Positions 31,583-47,498 of a stretch of DNA of 64,000 bases are shown piece by piece (the first letter of the stretch is position 1; every line of letters starts with the position of its first letter). Where the stretch lies: positions 64,356,001 to 64,420,000 of the forward strand of contig OX597815.1 in assembly GCA_951406725.2 (NCBI GenBank), given 5' to 3'. Position numbers and translations under genes: made by a program. Under the pieces are notes generated by a model, which saw only the letters and a list, made by a program, of their open reading frames with translations, was not told the DNA's origin and did not search any database. This DNA is from Octopus vulgaris (taxonomy: Eukaryota).

Positions 31583-32659
31583 GTCTTAATTCTATGACTA
31601 TTTGTCGCTTTTTTATTATTGTCCAAGAAAATGTTGAAATAAGTACAAAATATAAGTAAATGAAGTGGAAGTGTGAAACAAAATAATGAAGTTAGGATTA
31701 TGAATAATAGAAAATGAAATTCTCCCAGTAGGTGCAATTATACTGATGATATTATTAGTTTTACATGTGGCTGTAACATACAAAATATTTTGTCTAAATG
31801 ATATACATACACATACGAACTTAAAGGACATATGAATACTCAAGATAATCAAAAATAGCGTGAAACAGATCTTTTCAATGCAAAACAAGACGAGACCAAC
31901 TTAAAGCAAAGCAATTAAATCCGCAGATAAAGCTATCAACAGCAAAAATAAACAGATCGAGTTAGGAGGTATAATGAATTTCGTAGCATGAGGTTTTTTG
32001 GGGTTTCTTTTTTTTTTTTTGTCATCACGACATAATGTAAAATAAAGTAACATGTTATTTAGGAGCGGCGAACTTTTAAAATGTTTACGCCGAGCAGAAA
32101 GGATTATCTCTAACTGCAAGAGTCTTAAAATAAACACAAAATTAATAGAGAATACAGAATCGATGAACACGGCATTGAAGTCTATTACACTCCCAAGTTA
32201 TACTAAACACACACATACACTATCAAAGAGACGGCACTCTAAATAGAAAGCAGAATGAGGAAAATACCAATGCGAATGCCTTTGCGAATAAACGGAGATT
32301 TATATTAAACAGTGACAGAATTGAAATGTAATGTACAGCGACTCAGAAACACTACATCTAGAAAATAAAACCAAACAACCAACTGCAAATAAAAAGATGA
32401 ACGACTCCAAACCACTGAATGCAGCACAGCAGAATCCAACACGTACAAAATACATAAGACTCCACCAAAGAAAGAAAGACATATAACAGTGACAACTATC
32501 CATACAATAAATGATCACTCAAAACACAGCGATAGTATGACGATCCACAGAAACAAATCAAAAACAAACTCAGATAAACGAGGTAAAATTTAAAAAGATG
32601 AAATCATAAACGTCCCCATGGTAACATTCATCCAAAGAAACAACCACAACAAAAGTATT

Positions 32660-32807
32660 TCATTGTACAGCAGGATGGATCTGGTTGTTATTCAGCTGTT
32701 GTGAGGGTTAGCATGGTTTCAAAGTGATAACAGAATTGATATGGAATGTTACATCAGAAGCTAGCGTGTCAAAATTGGATACAGGAAAAGAATGCAAGAA
32801 ATACGAA

Positions 32808-32888
<81 letters not shown>

Positions 32889-33830
32889 GTTGCCTGTCAA
32901 AGAACAAAGACTTCTAGATCAAAAGAATTAAATCATGAAAAGAATATGGCCATCCCAGTTGGAAATGGGAGGGATCTTTAAAGCAGAGAAAGATGAACAT
33001 GGTGATGTGGAAATTGAACAAGAAATAGTAGAATGACCAATGAATCATTAGAAGGAAAGTTGCAGTGAGGGTGAATACAAGTTTTTCTTCATGATAGGAA
33101 AGGATATTACAGAGGAAAAAAAGGAACTTATTACAATGGCAAAATGAGACATGAATTAATGAAAGATCGAGGCTAGCAGCTTTAAGAGAAATTGATAGTC
33201 AAAATTGCGTAGAGTAGTAAAGTTGGACAAGCTGTTAACGAAAATCAATGGTGAAAATGTCACAGATGTAAACGGCCTCATACACTGCACAGCATCTGTT
33301 GGGGTTAAAAGTCAAGTAAATAAAAAAAAAGGCAATGACCCATACTAGTAATGGAGACTTGAAATTTAAGTTTAACAGCTCAATAGAAGACAACTATAAC
33401 TGAAAAAAGTGGTGAAGGAAAGATACAGGAACGAAAATACAATATTAGAGACATAAGATCAGAGGTAGCTAAAAGAAATGATGTTAAGTAAAAAAAAATA
33501 GATATCAACAAAGAAAATAAATTACCAACAACAGAACAAGCTTTTCAGAAACAATGGAACGAAATTTTATCAACAGCTGATCATCAGAGGAATGATGTGT
33601 CATATGCTGAAGCAGCAAGGAACTTTTGGCTAGATATTTAAAGCAAAGAGATTCAACATAAGCAGAAAGTGGATTGGTTACATAAATCTAAAAGCGAAAT
33701 GGAAAATAGATCATGACAAATGGATATAAATATTACAGATGTGAAAGGGAGAAAGATACTTAACAAATTACCAAATTGGAAAATCTCTTGAACAGGTGGT
33801 TTTCAGGGTATTACGTTAGAAAGATGATCT
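32660..33830 (+). mobile_element. R4/Dong-like LINE fragment A (ORF N-terminus to RT start), decayed
   Basis: MECYIRS...IGYRKRMQEI...QQNKLFRNN..KFYQQL...NFW.DI.SK...DWL...LPNWK..G..GFQG across stops and frameshifts. Confidence 0.7.
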
Positions 33831-34129
33831 ATTACCAAGGGAGAAAAAGAGAGTAAAAATGACAAATGAAACCTAAAAACAACGTTAAGAAAAAGTTGAA
33901 CTATAAATGATTAAACACATTAAAACTTATTTCTAGTTTCCAAATTAAATGATGTATTAGAAATGTTTACTATTTCCAACATTCTTACATCACATGTAAA
34001 CACGATCGCCAGAGTACGGTTGATGCCAACAACAGATCGCTTTGGTCTCCAACTCTCATGTACAAAAAATTATTAAAAATTTTGATAATACATGTGTTGT
34101 TCAGCCCAAAATTCACAAACGTAAAGTGC

Positions 34130-36360
34130 GTAGTTAAAACTTATTACATGAAAAGTATGGAAAATTACACCTGCAAAATCTCTGTAAAACCCGAAACGAG
34201 CGGACCGACGCCATACGAAAATAATGACAAGTGAGGAAAAGGGCCAGACATTATTCCTCACGTCTCACATATAAAACAAAAACAGAAAAAAACATAAGTA
34301 GACACTAGAGGAATGTGTTTCTATCATATACGCTTATTTTACAGTAATACTCTACTCACAACATGAAAGTACAACAGCATACTCATATAAAGTCTGGAAG
34401 AAAAGTAACCCAGATCTGAATACACCGATGCACCCAATAAACTAGCTAAAATAAGGAGATACACCCTTAAAACGAAAAAGATATCAGAAATTGAAACAGA
34501 GCAGTTAAATGAAAAATACATCACGAACACGCAAATAGTGCCCATAAAATACATAAAAATAATATAAATAATGAGAATGTGAAACACAAAGATAAACATA
34601 ACACGTGCAACAAAAACTATGTAAATAACGAAACACAACAAACTCATGCTTTGTCTGCTCAAGGAAGACCAAAATACACTGAAGCAGAACAACAACAATA
34701 AAAACAGGAACAGGAGCAAACCTAAAAAGTGGAAACTATGAAATCGGAAACCATAATTATGATATTTGAAAATTGACTATAATCGAAATATTAAAATCCA
34801 TAGAACATAATATGAACTACTGAATGTACCTCCACTCTTTCAAATTCACCCTAATGAGAGCATCAAAGCATAAACAAACAATATGGAAATCCAGAAGAAA
34901 GACAGAAAATGAAAGAAAGAATTTGTCAATCCTTAAGGAAACTAGTAACCAAACAACACTACTAAACAACAAGAAAGAAAGAAAAATACTACAGAAATAT
35001 AAAATAACAAAACAAAATGTACGTAAAACAAAAGAATATCTAATGCAAGACATCTTCGCCAAAGCACAAAGAATCTGTCGATATGAAAAAAGCCAAACTA
35101 CTCTTTAAACAAAACAAGTAGTTTATCTCCAATCCAAAATGTTTCTACCAAGAATTTGGTGAAAATGAAATAGAAATCAATGCAGAGACAGCAGCAGGAG
35201 ACGTAGAAAATTTTGGAAAGAATTATGGGTGATGAAGACCCCCCACCCCCCCGCCGAAAAGATTAATTAAAACAACAAATACAGCATCTGAACAACTCTG
35301 GATACGGAAGAGGTAACCCAAGGATTGCAAAAATTAAATAACTGGAAGATACCAAGTCAAGATTCCAAACTTCAGGCTAAAATATTTAACATGGACACAT
35401 AAGGCGCTGGCAGAGAAATTCTACGGGATGCTGACTGAACCAAAGGCAACGCGTGAATGACTCACAGAACGGAGAAATCATCTTAACTCCCAAATCTGCC
35501 GAAACTACAAGCGCATAAAACGATAGACCGGTAACTTGTCTCTCTATAACTTACAAGCCCTTAACCTCAACAATATCGAGAAGGAAACAATCTGTTTCCA
35601 AAAGAGCCAAAGAGATGTTGTTAAGGCTTGTATAGCGGTAAAGGCCAGTTACTAATCAACAAAGCCATAACTGAAGACTGCCGAAAGAAAAAGAATGGCT
35701 TAGATCTATTACCAGAAAGCTTTTGACAGTATCTCCCACGCAAGGATCCGGGAAACACTAGTCAAGGTGCCATCAACAGTGCTAAAATTGATAAAATGTG
35801 TCATGAATAAATTGCAAACAGTTTTGCAGCTAGCGACTAAAGAGGGAATTATAAAAACTAAAACCATCGCATTAGAAGAGGAATATTCCAACCTTTAGCC
35901 GAGATGCTAAAGAGGACTGAATGTGAATATAACTGGTATGATAAAACAATCACCCTTATCTTGTATATGGATGATTTCAAGCTGTATGCTGCAAATGATA
36001 AACAATTGGAATCACTGCTGCAGGCAGTGTATGGACTTACCATAGAAATGAATATGAAATTCGGCCTAGAAAAATTTGCTAAAGCAACCTTGAAAGGAAG
36101 GAAACTAATTACGAATAACCATATTATACTCGATAAAGAAAACGAAATAAGAGAGCTAGAACAAACGAAGACATATAAAAACTTAGGAATCAATGAACAA
36201 GATATGGTACAACACGCACTCATGAAAGAAAAGATCAAGAAGGAATATTGTTGATGAATTAGAGTAATACTTAAAGCAGAACTCAATGCGAAAAATACCA
36301 TAATAGATATCAATACTCTAGCTGACACCGTAGTACATCTCCAGCGTTAGAAGCTGCGCA
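34130..36360 (+). mobile_element. R4/Dong-like LINE fragment B including decayed reverse transcriptase
   Basis: KQNK.FISNPKCFYQE...NWK...PKS.ET...RPVTCL..TYK...QLLINKAITEDC...YQKAFDSISH...RRGIFQ...LYMDDFKLYA...FGLEK...YKNLGI; catalytic YMDD in ORF 35904-36254. Confidence 0.88.
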
Positions 36361-36406
36361 AAGGCAATTATAATAAAAATTTAAAAAATAATAATAATAA
36401 TAATAA

Positions 36407-36506
<100 letters not shown>

Positions 36507-36553
36507 CGATCATGATGATGATGATGATCATGATCATGATGATCATGATCATG

Positions 36554-36600
<47 letters not shown>

Positions 36601-36654
36601 GGTGATGATGATGACAATAACAACAACAACGACAATGGTAATAATAAAGGGAAA

Positions 36655-37195
36655 TAAAGAAGTAGAAAAAGTACATGAAGAAGAAGAATGCAAGCAGGGA
36701 CTGCACAGTCAATTCAATGTTGCTGGAAAAATAGAAATATGTGGGATAGGCTGAAGAAAGGAGCCCTAAAAAACGAGACTGAGAGCACTATACTGACCCG
36801 AACTGGAGGGTCAAACTTAGGAATGAGAAAGTGTCTCCGCTGTGCCGCACTTGCAATGGAATGGATGAAACCATTGTTTATATCATGAACGAATGCCATA
36901 GACTTGCCCAATACTACTACAAGTTGTGGCGACACGACCAGGTAGAGAAAGTGCTACATTGGAAACTGTGCAAAAGGCGGAGCATAGAGTGAGGCAAGAC
37001 ATTGTATGAGCACATACCGCTGAGAGTAGCAGAGTCGGAGACTAGTGAAATCCTCAAGGATTTTCCAATCCAAACAGATCAGGCGTTAGAGTATAACAGA
37101 CCGGACCAAGTGGAGGTGGACAGGGTGCCTCACATATGCTATATAGTTGACGCTGCATGCTCCTTTGACCTACGAAGAGTCAAAAAAGAAGGCGC

Positions 37196-37270
<75 letters not shown>

Positions 37271-37470
37271 TAACCCTCTTAAGTACGAAATAGCCCGACT
37301 ATAGAAAATGAAGAAGATGAAGATAGTGCTAATTATTATTGGGTATTTGTGAACAGTATCAGATGGCATCAAGAGGAATATAAACAAAACTGGAATAGAG
37401 TGCCCAGTAGAACTGTTACAAAAGGTTTGCCTCATTTGCACGGCCAGAATAGTGTGATAAAGAGAAAATA
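36655..37470 (+). mobile_element. R4/Dong-like LINE fragment C: zinc knuckle and restriction-like endonuclease, ending at (AAT)n
   Basis: GLHSQF...LKNETES...SPLCRTC...ETIVYIMNECHRLA..YKLWRHDQV..LHWKLC...YEH.P...DFPIQTD...NRPD...IVDAAC.FD...KE..KI..Y..LKYEIARL...ELLQKVCL..TARIV. Confidence 0.88.
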
Positions 37471-37802
37471 ATAACAATAATAATAATAATAAATCTTTCT
37501 AATGTTGTCTCAAGGCTTGAAATTTTGTTGTAGTGGACTAGTTGATTACATCAACTTCAGGGCTGAAAGGATGAAAGGCAAGGGAAAATCGATTCGAATT
37601 TAATCACTATGGTATAAAGTAATCTGTGAAGAAAAAAAAAATTAAAATGTAAAAATATTTATTTTACCGGAAGTATTGAAGAGTTATTCTCAAAGTGATG
37701 ATCATATAAAAAAGGCAACATAGCTTTCTTTCAAACCTAATACACACGCACACATACACACACACACACTCATTCACATACACACATACACATGTATATG
37801 CG

Positions 37803-37841
<39 letters not shown>

Positions 37842-37989
37842 ACGTTTGTTTGCGTAAGTATATATACATATACATAATTCTTGAGCCAAACTTCAGAGTT
37901 TGCAGAAAAGGCAAAGAGAACACAATACACTATCAAGAAAAAAATACATTAAAAAAATATTAACTTGGGCGACGACAGTTTACTGAAGG

Positions 37990-38380
37990 CAACAGAACCT
38001 CAGCTTCACCACGGCCTAAAGACGGCTCCGGAACCTAGTGCTTCTCACTGTCTTTGGTAAGATCTTCAAACACCTCGTTGATCTTGGCTACCATCTCGGC
38101 CTTGGTGTCTTTCTCAACTACACCCCATAATAATAATAATCCATGGGATTACAATTTGAAGGAATTAGGAGGCCAAAAATTGGGGCTAGTTATGTGTTAG
38201 AAATTCTCCCACTACGACGTCTGACTCTTTCTGGAGATATGGCAAGGAACCGAACCCTTTCTAACCAGGGTTTGACCACAGTCTCCAGTAACCTCATTTA
38301 ACCGTCCGAATTGAGCTTAAGTCATTTCTCAATGATGTGAAGTGACATGGCAGCACCCTCACTGGCGACACATCCAAAGT
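37990..38380 (-). mobile_element. Tc1/mariner superfamily (maT/DD37D-like) transposase C-terminal remnant
   Basis: Minus strand: FGCVASEG...LLETVVKPW...PCHISRKSQ...PNFWPPNS..CNPMDY..WGVVEKD...RFRSRL.AVV. Confidence 0.75.
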
Positions 38381-38734
38381 CTAGCCTTCCTACTGCCCGT
38401 TGCTGCTGTCTATGTCACGTTTTTTACAGACTTTAATGTTCACAGAGCATTGAGCAACAGTCATGATGTCGGCATTTTGCTACCTGGTAATACAAGTAAC
38501 ACTTCTCTAATATTCAGATGACTTCTAATGTCAGCTAACTTCTCTTCAACTACAACTTTAATCTTTATGCACTCTAACGCTGCTGACTGTTCACCAATAC
38601 TTCAAGCTACTCCTGACAAAAAAAAGATACAAAAACCCGTCAAATTTAGTACGAACATATAAACCTACATATATACCTACATATAAACACATATATATAC
38701 ATACAAATATACACTCACATGTATATATGTATAT

Positions 38735-38789
<55 letters not shown>

Positions 38790-39588
38790 GACATACATGC
38801 GTATGTGCATGTACATGTATATATGGATGCACGTTCGTGTGGCCACATGTGAACATACACATATAGTGTAGCTTTTTATGCTTTGTCTTCTGTTGATCAT
38901 TCAGTTCTCTATCATTTTGTTTCCCATCTCCGTTACTTCTTATTTCTTAGTTTCTTTCTCTTTCCCAATATATCCCTCCTCCCGCTGTCTCTCATCCTTT
39001 CTTCCCCCATCTCATCTCCTTTTCATATTGCTTCTCTTTCTATTTCCTTGAGGGTTTTATTCTTTCCTCAATCTTCCTAGGAACCTATCTCCTCTCTCAT
39101 TCACATTTACTACGTTTATTCTCTCTTTATCGTTCTCTCTCTCTATCTATCTATCTATCTATCTCCCCCCCCCCCCACTATTTTCTCTACGTTTTCAATT
39201 TTTCCTTCTCTCACTTTACTCCATTCCCCGCAAACAGTTTTCTCAAATACCCAAACCCATAATGTTCCCTCTCAAAACCTATCATTTTCCTAGTTTCTCT
39301 ACCCACTACGCCCTATTGTTTCTCCCTCTCTTTCTTTCCGCCTCTCTCTATCTCTGTTTCTCTCACCCTATTTTTCTCTTATCTATCTATCTATATATCT
39401 TTCTATCTATCTATCCATATCTTCTATTTTACACCTTTCTCCACCATAGAGTTATTCCCTTAATTGACCACAACCCCATCGCCTCGCTACACCATCTTCC
39501 TCTCTCTGTATCTGTATCTCTCCCTTTCTCCCGCACACGCTCTCTCCCTTTCTCTCTCTTCACCACACGGCTATACATGCTCCACCAG

Positions 39589-39785
39589 AGACCAGTCTGC
39601 TTGCATGCACAGCGTCGTTTGTCGATTTATCACGACGACAGCAAACTATTGGGCTTTTGAGCAGGATTATCGGCTCTGGCCTTCTGGCTACACCTTTTTA
39701 TTACCATGATGGCGGCGACCACCACCACGGTGGCAACCAAGACGACGAAGTAGAAGAGGAGAAGAAAGGGGTAGTGGAGGGTAAG
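39589..39785 (+). CDS. Candidate internal exon (197 nt), product unknown
   Basis: Long upstream pyrimidine tract, CCACCAG acceptor, open frame TSLLACTASFVDLSRRQQTIG...DDEVEEEKKGVVEGK, consensus donor AAG/GTGAGT; no homology recognised. Confidence 0.3.
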
Positions 39786-41629
39786 GTGAGTGAAAGAAGT
39801 ATTTATATTGGTTCCAAATTATCATGCTGCCGATGATAATGATGATGAATGAGATGGTGAAATGAATTATGAAATGGTGTTGACGATGATGATGATAATG
39901 ATGAGGAAAATTACAGAAGGGATGATTAGTGGTTGATGCTGAACGTGTTCTAGCAATGAAGTCATTGAAGTGATGGTGTGTTAGAGTGATTACCAAGGGA
40001 TATTGTTGTTGTTATTGTTGCTGCATCTGCTGCTGCTGTTGTTGTTGTTTGTTGTCGTAGTTATTACTGTCGTTGTTACTTTTGCGGTTGTTCATGTTGC
40101 TTTCTTATTGCTGCTATTGACGCTATTACCGTTGCAGTTGTTGTTTATTGTTGTGACTGTTGATGTTTTTAGTCGTATCGTCGTCGTCGTCGTTGTTGTT
40201 GTTGTTATTATAGTCATTGTTGTTTCGTCCCAAGCCAACCTTGATCAAGCAGGCCTTTCATTAAACTTTTTCCACCTGAGACTAAAAACATATTTTTTCG
40301 GGCACAATATACTCCAGGCTAAATTATCAAATCCGTTTTTATTGTCAGTGTATGAGTTATCTAGAGGTTGCATCTTTAATTCATAACATAACAGGTGATA
40401 CCAACGAGGTTTTTCGAGATTTTGCGGAGTTTATGTTGGTGTTGTTCAGGTAGTGATTTGATTGTTATTTGTTGTTGTTGTGTGGCTTTCGTTATTGTGT
40501 GGCTTGTCGATCCCTGCTCAAAACGTATGGCAGGTACACAGTGAAGGAAATGACAGGATTTGATCCACAGACCAAGTGCTTCTGATATACCTTATATCTA
40601 CTATGTTGAAAGTTGAAGTCAGGTGTAATGTGTTTTTAAAATTGTAAATGGCGATATTGGTCGTTATTATCGCTGCTGGTGGAGTGGTTGTTGTTGCTTA
40701 GCTCTAAATCAGTTCTCAACAGATCTTATAATCAAAAATATCCCAATAGTGACCATTCCGCCTTTCTTGTATTTAGAACTACATTGCCCAACATATTCTT
40801 ACATTTTTAAGTAAAAGATTTTTAAGATGGTATAGCGACTCAACTGGTTTTCCTTCGTTTACTTAGAGTAGCATCAATATTTGTAGTAGCTGATGGAGGA
40901 ATATGTATTTCAGTGGTTGGTGGTGATGTTATTAAATGTGGATTTTACTATGACTGAGATAGTGAATTATAATAAAGTTTCCATTGTTCTGAATTGTATT
41001 TTTCGTGTACGGCTGCTTTCATATTTTAATGATGGTATTTAGCAATTGGTCATCGCTGATGGAGTAGGACTAGGATAGAAACTATTCCAGCCAGTACTTT
41101 CTGTTTTTTTTATAAGGCACAGTTTATCAATGCCTACACTTTTAATGATCTCTTATTTAAATCAGCAGAGAAATAGCTCTCGTTCTACTAAGTCTCAAGA
41201 GATATTCAGATTCAACGCGGATTTTTAAAACATTGTTGCTTTAAAGAATTCACACCTTCTCTGAATGCCTCTGAAATTAGTTATTTAAAATTTAATTATT
41301 GTAAAAAAAGCATGAGGTGAATGTAAAACAGTAAGAAACCAAATAATAATGTATCTCATCATTGTAATACGTTTTGCGAGCGGGATATATCTGATCATTG
41401 CTGTTTTTCAATCAACTCGGGGATTATTATGTTTAGTAGACATCAGCACGCATCAGCAAATTCTTTGTAGTTAATTTCTATAAACAAGAACCTGTATTCT
41501 TGTTAGGTTCATTGTTCGGAGGGTAGCTTTGACTGAGAGGAGAAGCATTGAGGTTGAAACATCGCGGTTTCGCGAAGTCATCTTATACTGGTGAATCTCG
41601 CTTGTGCTTTAAACACCTATCGTCTAACG

Positions 41630-41883
41630 CGGTATTTCTCAGCCTTTTTTTTTTTTGTTGTTTATGATTCCCTTCATATTCTAGTTGGATGGGCCCTCCA
41701 AGCCATACGATTTTTTAAAAATTTCATATTTTTATAATTGAATATTATAAGGAATTGTATTAAAATATTGTTAAAATGTTTTGTGTATTGTAGAAGTATA
41801 ACCAATTTATTGCAGTTAAACTTTAGCAACAGAATTTTACATGGACCACCAAGGGTCATACAGACTCCGGTTGAGAAGCAATG
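41630..41883. mobile_element. Decayed hAT-type MITE (~254 bp)
   Basis: Imperfect TIRs CGGTATTTCTCAGCC / GGTTGAGAAGCAATG (CAGTGGTTCTCAACC type); 8-bp flanks GTCTAACG / ATCTAAGA. Confidence 0.6.
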
Positions 41884-41967
41884 ATCTAAGATGATACATG
41901 CTGATACATGCATCGAGGTGAATAGATAGATAGGTAGATAAATATATAAACAGAGAGACAGACAGAC

Positions 41968-42051
<84 letters not shown>

Positions 42052-42127
42052 GGATGGATGGATGGATGGATGGATTATAAAAAGGTTTTTTACTCAACCT
42101 TAATTCTTTGAGAAAAAATCTTCTCTC

Positions 42128-42307
<180 letters not shown>

Positions 42308-42400
42308 GGAGTAAACACATAAATGTGAAACAAGGTGGAAAAAAGAGTACTCAAATACCAGTGGTAGAGTAATATGCTTTATTTAAAGCAGCAGAAAATT

Positions 42401-42451
<51 letters not shown>

Positions 42452-42972
42452 GTACGTATGTATGTATGTGTACTGGGGAGACACAAAGACAGACATGATA
42501 CAGGCACCTTACAAGTAATTTCTTACACGGAAACTGACAAAATATTGCAACCAAAACAACCAAATACGATAATATAGGAAAAGAGACTTATCGCTGAAAA
42601 AATGAATTGACATCATTTTGTATATAGAAACTAGAAACCTTGTTAATCTGGGAGCATATGGAAAGTGGTCGATGGGGAGATGTGGCCAGAGAGAAGAATG
42701 TGTTTCGAGAAATATATGTGGGTTATTATTTTATATACCATATTTGGTGTTAGCCTCGTAGCAATCATGTGTTTATACAGCAGTGGTCGTAGGGATTAAT
42801 GACGGAGATTTAAAAGGTTAACGGTCAATCATTGAACACAGTTTATGCTTTAAGCAACAGATTTTCCTATAGTATTATTGTTCAGTTTTTCTGTTGTTTT
42901 TGTGGTATTTATATATTTTGTTTGTTTTTTTATTGATTGATATTTTTCTAACTCCCTACACACACACACACA

Positions 42973-43019
<47 letters not shown>

Positions 43020-43158
43020 CATCTTCCATCCATTCCCTTTGCAATATTTTTCTCTGTCCTTCGATTAGCTTTTTACGACAGAATGTTTTGAGGGATTTTT
43101 CTGATAATTATATTTTTATTTAATTGTTGCTGTTGTTGTTATTATTATTATGATTATG

Positions 43159-43230
<72 letters not shown>

Positions 43231-43256
43231 ATTATTAATTTTCTTTTGAATATTAA

Positions 43257-43323
<67 letters not shown>

Positions 43324-43472
43324 GTTATTGTTGATTGTTAACATCATCATCATCATCATTATCCATATTTCTGTTTGTGATTGTCAACATTCCATTTGGC
43401 CACACAGACAAATACATGCACTCGCATACATCGACTTTATAATGTGAACATTTACACGCGCGAGCATATGTG

Positions 43473-43504
<32 letters not shown>

Positions 43505-43536
43505 TGTATATATACATACACAATATACATACATAT

Positions 43537-43588
<52 letters not shown>

Positions 43589-44491
43589 AAACATGCATAT
43601 TTATATAAATGTGTATACATGCGGGGGTGTGATTGAGTGTTTACGAGTGTATGTCCATGATATTTATTTTAGTTAAGATTCCAACATGATTAACGCAGCT
43701 CTTAAAATTTCATGCCAAGGCATTCGCTAAACATACACCCACACATACATATGAATTCTCATGCACACTACCACATACAAAAACACATGCATACACACAT
43801 CCACACATACAGCACGCGCACACGCACACACAGACAAACACACACAATCGTTAACACAAGCACACATATATGTGCGTGTGTGAAGGTTCTTTTGGAAAGC
43901 CTTGACAGATTTCTTAAAGAAAAATATCTACCAAGTTATCTGTCTTTAAATTTATTTGTGTATATATATATATATATATATACATACACACATATACATT
44001 CATGCATGTGTACATACATGCATACATCATACACACACACACAAGCATTCACATGTCCTTACACGTTAGAACATTTTCGAAAGCCAAATACACGCACACA
44101 TCTACAAATATACACATAAACTTTACGTTTAAATTTTACACAATCAACGCATAGTCAGAAATTATATAAACACACAAACAGATATATAGGAACACAACAT
44201 GACCACTCATAACATACACACAATGAATATACGTCCACATGAACATATGAAAGAATGCAAACTCACATTCAATGAAAAAGACACACTTGCACACATATAT
44301 ATATTGGATGTTCACACGGATTATATCACCATGGTTACGGGTCTCTTATTATACGCTGTCCTTCTTAAGCATCCAGATCTATGTCTACAAAATACTGAAT
44401 CCGTTTTGATGACAAAAACTTCGAGAAAAATATGAAGGTTAAAAGCTTATGAAAGAATTATTGAGAAGGTCAAAATGTCTACACACTTTTC

Positions 44492-44567
<76 letters not shown>

Positions 44568-44888
44568 TTATATTCGTGTGCGTATATATATATACATACA
44601 CACACGCACACTTATATTCGAAAGGGATTATTATATATAACGGTGTATATAGGAACATATATATGTATGTGTATATATGTATATTTTGTTGCGTATATAT
44701 ATATATATATATGTATAAACTTATAGAAACGTATATATAACGATGAATATATTCCTGTGTATATGTATGTATTTTTAGCTTAGAGGATATTGAAAATTTC
44801 AGTAGCTTACAGTGACTAGAAGTTTCATCGCATATATATACATAGATATAAGCATACACACACACGCGCGGGCTTGTATATGAATATG

Positions 44889-45010
<122 letters not shown>

Positions 45011-45094
45011 TATATATATACAGATATAGACATATATATACATATATATACATATATGTATATATATACATGTATATATATATATATATATATG

Positions 45095-45132
<38 letters not shown>

Positions 45133-45249
45133 TACTTATGCGATGCGATGTATCTAAACGTTAAGCATAAATATGTTTGTATATATTTATCTCTACTCAT
45201 AAACATTTCTAGACGCATATACATGTATGCAAATATATACGCGTGCACA

Positions 45250-45293
<44 letters not shown>

Positions 45294-45417
45294 CAAATAC
45301 AGGCACACACATACACACACAAGTATGTGCGTATCTAAGTTTATCTACATATATATATACATACGCACACATATGTATATATGTGTGCGTATGCATGCAT
45401 TCATATATTTATGTGTG

Positions 45418-45515
<98 letters not shown>

Positions 45516-45956
45516 TGTATGTATGTATGTATGTATGTATTATATTCGCAGACAACAGGCGAGAGCAGAGAAAACGATAGATAATACTGAAGATAAAAGA
45601 AAATATAAAAGACGGAACAAAGACTGCAAATAGAATGGCGATTGTAAGGAGATTTTAAAGAGGATTATGTTCAGTCCAGCAACTTGTATGGCATCCTGTA
45701 TGTATGTATGTATGATGTATGTATGTATGTATGTATGTATGTATGTATGTATGTATGTATGTATGTATGTATGTATGTATGCATGTATGTATGTATGAAT
45801 GTATGTATGCATATATTTATATATATATATATATGCATGTATATACATATATATATTCATGAATAGGATAGATACATACATAAAACATATATGTACGTAT
45901 GTATACAGATATACATATATATGATCATATCTGTTATACCTATGTGTATATCTGTA

Positions 45957-46012
<56 letters not shown>

Positions 46013-46073
46013 TATACTTATATATATAAATACTATATATTTATGTAAATATGTAATTATACATACGTATATG

Positions 46074-46104
<31 letters not shown>

Positions 46105-46378
46105 ATACGTGTGTGTGCGTGCGTGCTTGTTTGTGTTTTATACATCTCTTAAACCTGGAAGTAAGTGTGCGTGTGCTTATGTATGCACATGGCGCGTGTG
46201 CGTGTGCTTATGTATGCACATGGCGCGTGCACGCATGCGCCCAAGCTTTCGGTAAGTTTCATATTAAAATCACTCACACATAAATCTATAAAATTACACC
46301 ACACCATCACACAAACAGATGCAAATGCACACATACACACAGGAATTATCGTAAATACAATCATACTTATACACACTC

Positions 46379-46420
<42 letters not shown>

Positions 46421-46821
46421 CGGCAGCCCGTTTGGTTTTCTGTTTGTGTCAAGTTGCCGTCTAAACCCGTTAACTAATCATCATGAATCTTTTTATATAT
46501 GTTAAACCAACATCCAGTTTGTTAATAGGCTCATTGCATTTTAATAAAAAATCTATAATTGGACTGGTAGGGTCCTTAGGAGGGGTCCAGATATGACCCA
46601 TCTATTTTCTTTTAACGCCCAAGGGAGAATAACCCATTCATTTTCTTTGTTCTCATTTCTACCTCCATTTATTAGAGAAACAATATCATTAGAGTGACCG
46701 ATTGCCAGTGGTTACTTTGTATAAATACGTGTACGTTCTAAGTTACGCGTACTTTCTTACAAGAAGTGGTCAGACAAGGTCAGTGATATTATCAATCTAA
46801 TCCCTGTCCTAAGTTAATATA

Positions 46822-46984
46822 GGCAAATAAGTGGCTGTGTGATAAGTAGCTTGCTTACATGGCTCCGGGTTCAGTCCCACTGTGTGGAACCTTGGGCAAG
46901 TGTCTTTTACCTTTTACTACAGCCTCGGGCCGACCAAAGCCTTGTGAGTGGATTTGGTTGACGGAAACTGAAAGAAGCCCGTCG

Positions 46985-47021
<37 letters not shown>

Positions 47022-47216
47022 CTGTGTTTGTGCCCCCAACATCGCTTGACAACCGATGCTGGTGTGTTTACGTCCCTGTAACCTAGCGGTTCGGCCAAAG
47101 AGACCGATAGAATAAGTACTAGGCTTACAAAGAATAAGTCCTGGGGTCGATTTGCTCGACTAAAGGGGGTGCTCCAGCATGGTCACAATCAAATGACTGA
47201 AACAAGTAAAGAGTAT
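46822..47216 (+). mobile_element. Full-length tRNA-derived SINE family A (Octopus-type) with internal (TA)/(TG) microsatellite
   Basis: A-box-like GTGGCTGTGTGA, B-box-like GGTTCAGTCCC, CCTTGGGCAAG core; matches 57815-58190. Confidence 0.9.
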
Positions 47217-47498
47217 ACAAATTTAATGTTATTTCGTAGACCTACTTATGAGCTTTTTTTTAAAACAAACTTGAGTAAAATTTCACCATGGGTTATGGAA
47301 ATATCAATGCCACAACATATTTGCAACTGTACAAAAAATTTCAAAATATTACATTTTATTTGGTAACAAGTTGAGTACGTTTATTTCTTAGTATTTGAAC
47401 TGTTTATTTTATAGTATTTGAACTGTTAGGGTTATTTTCGCACTTTACCCAAAACACCCCTTAAACAACTACATAATATTTTCCTCAACTTATTTCGG

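Noticed and set aside
46165-46230. 31-bp tandem duplication
   Set aside because: Ordinary slippage within CA/TG-rich DNA.
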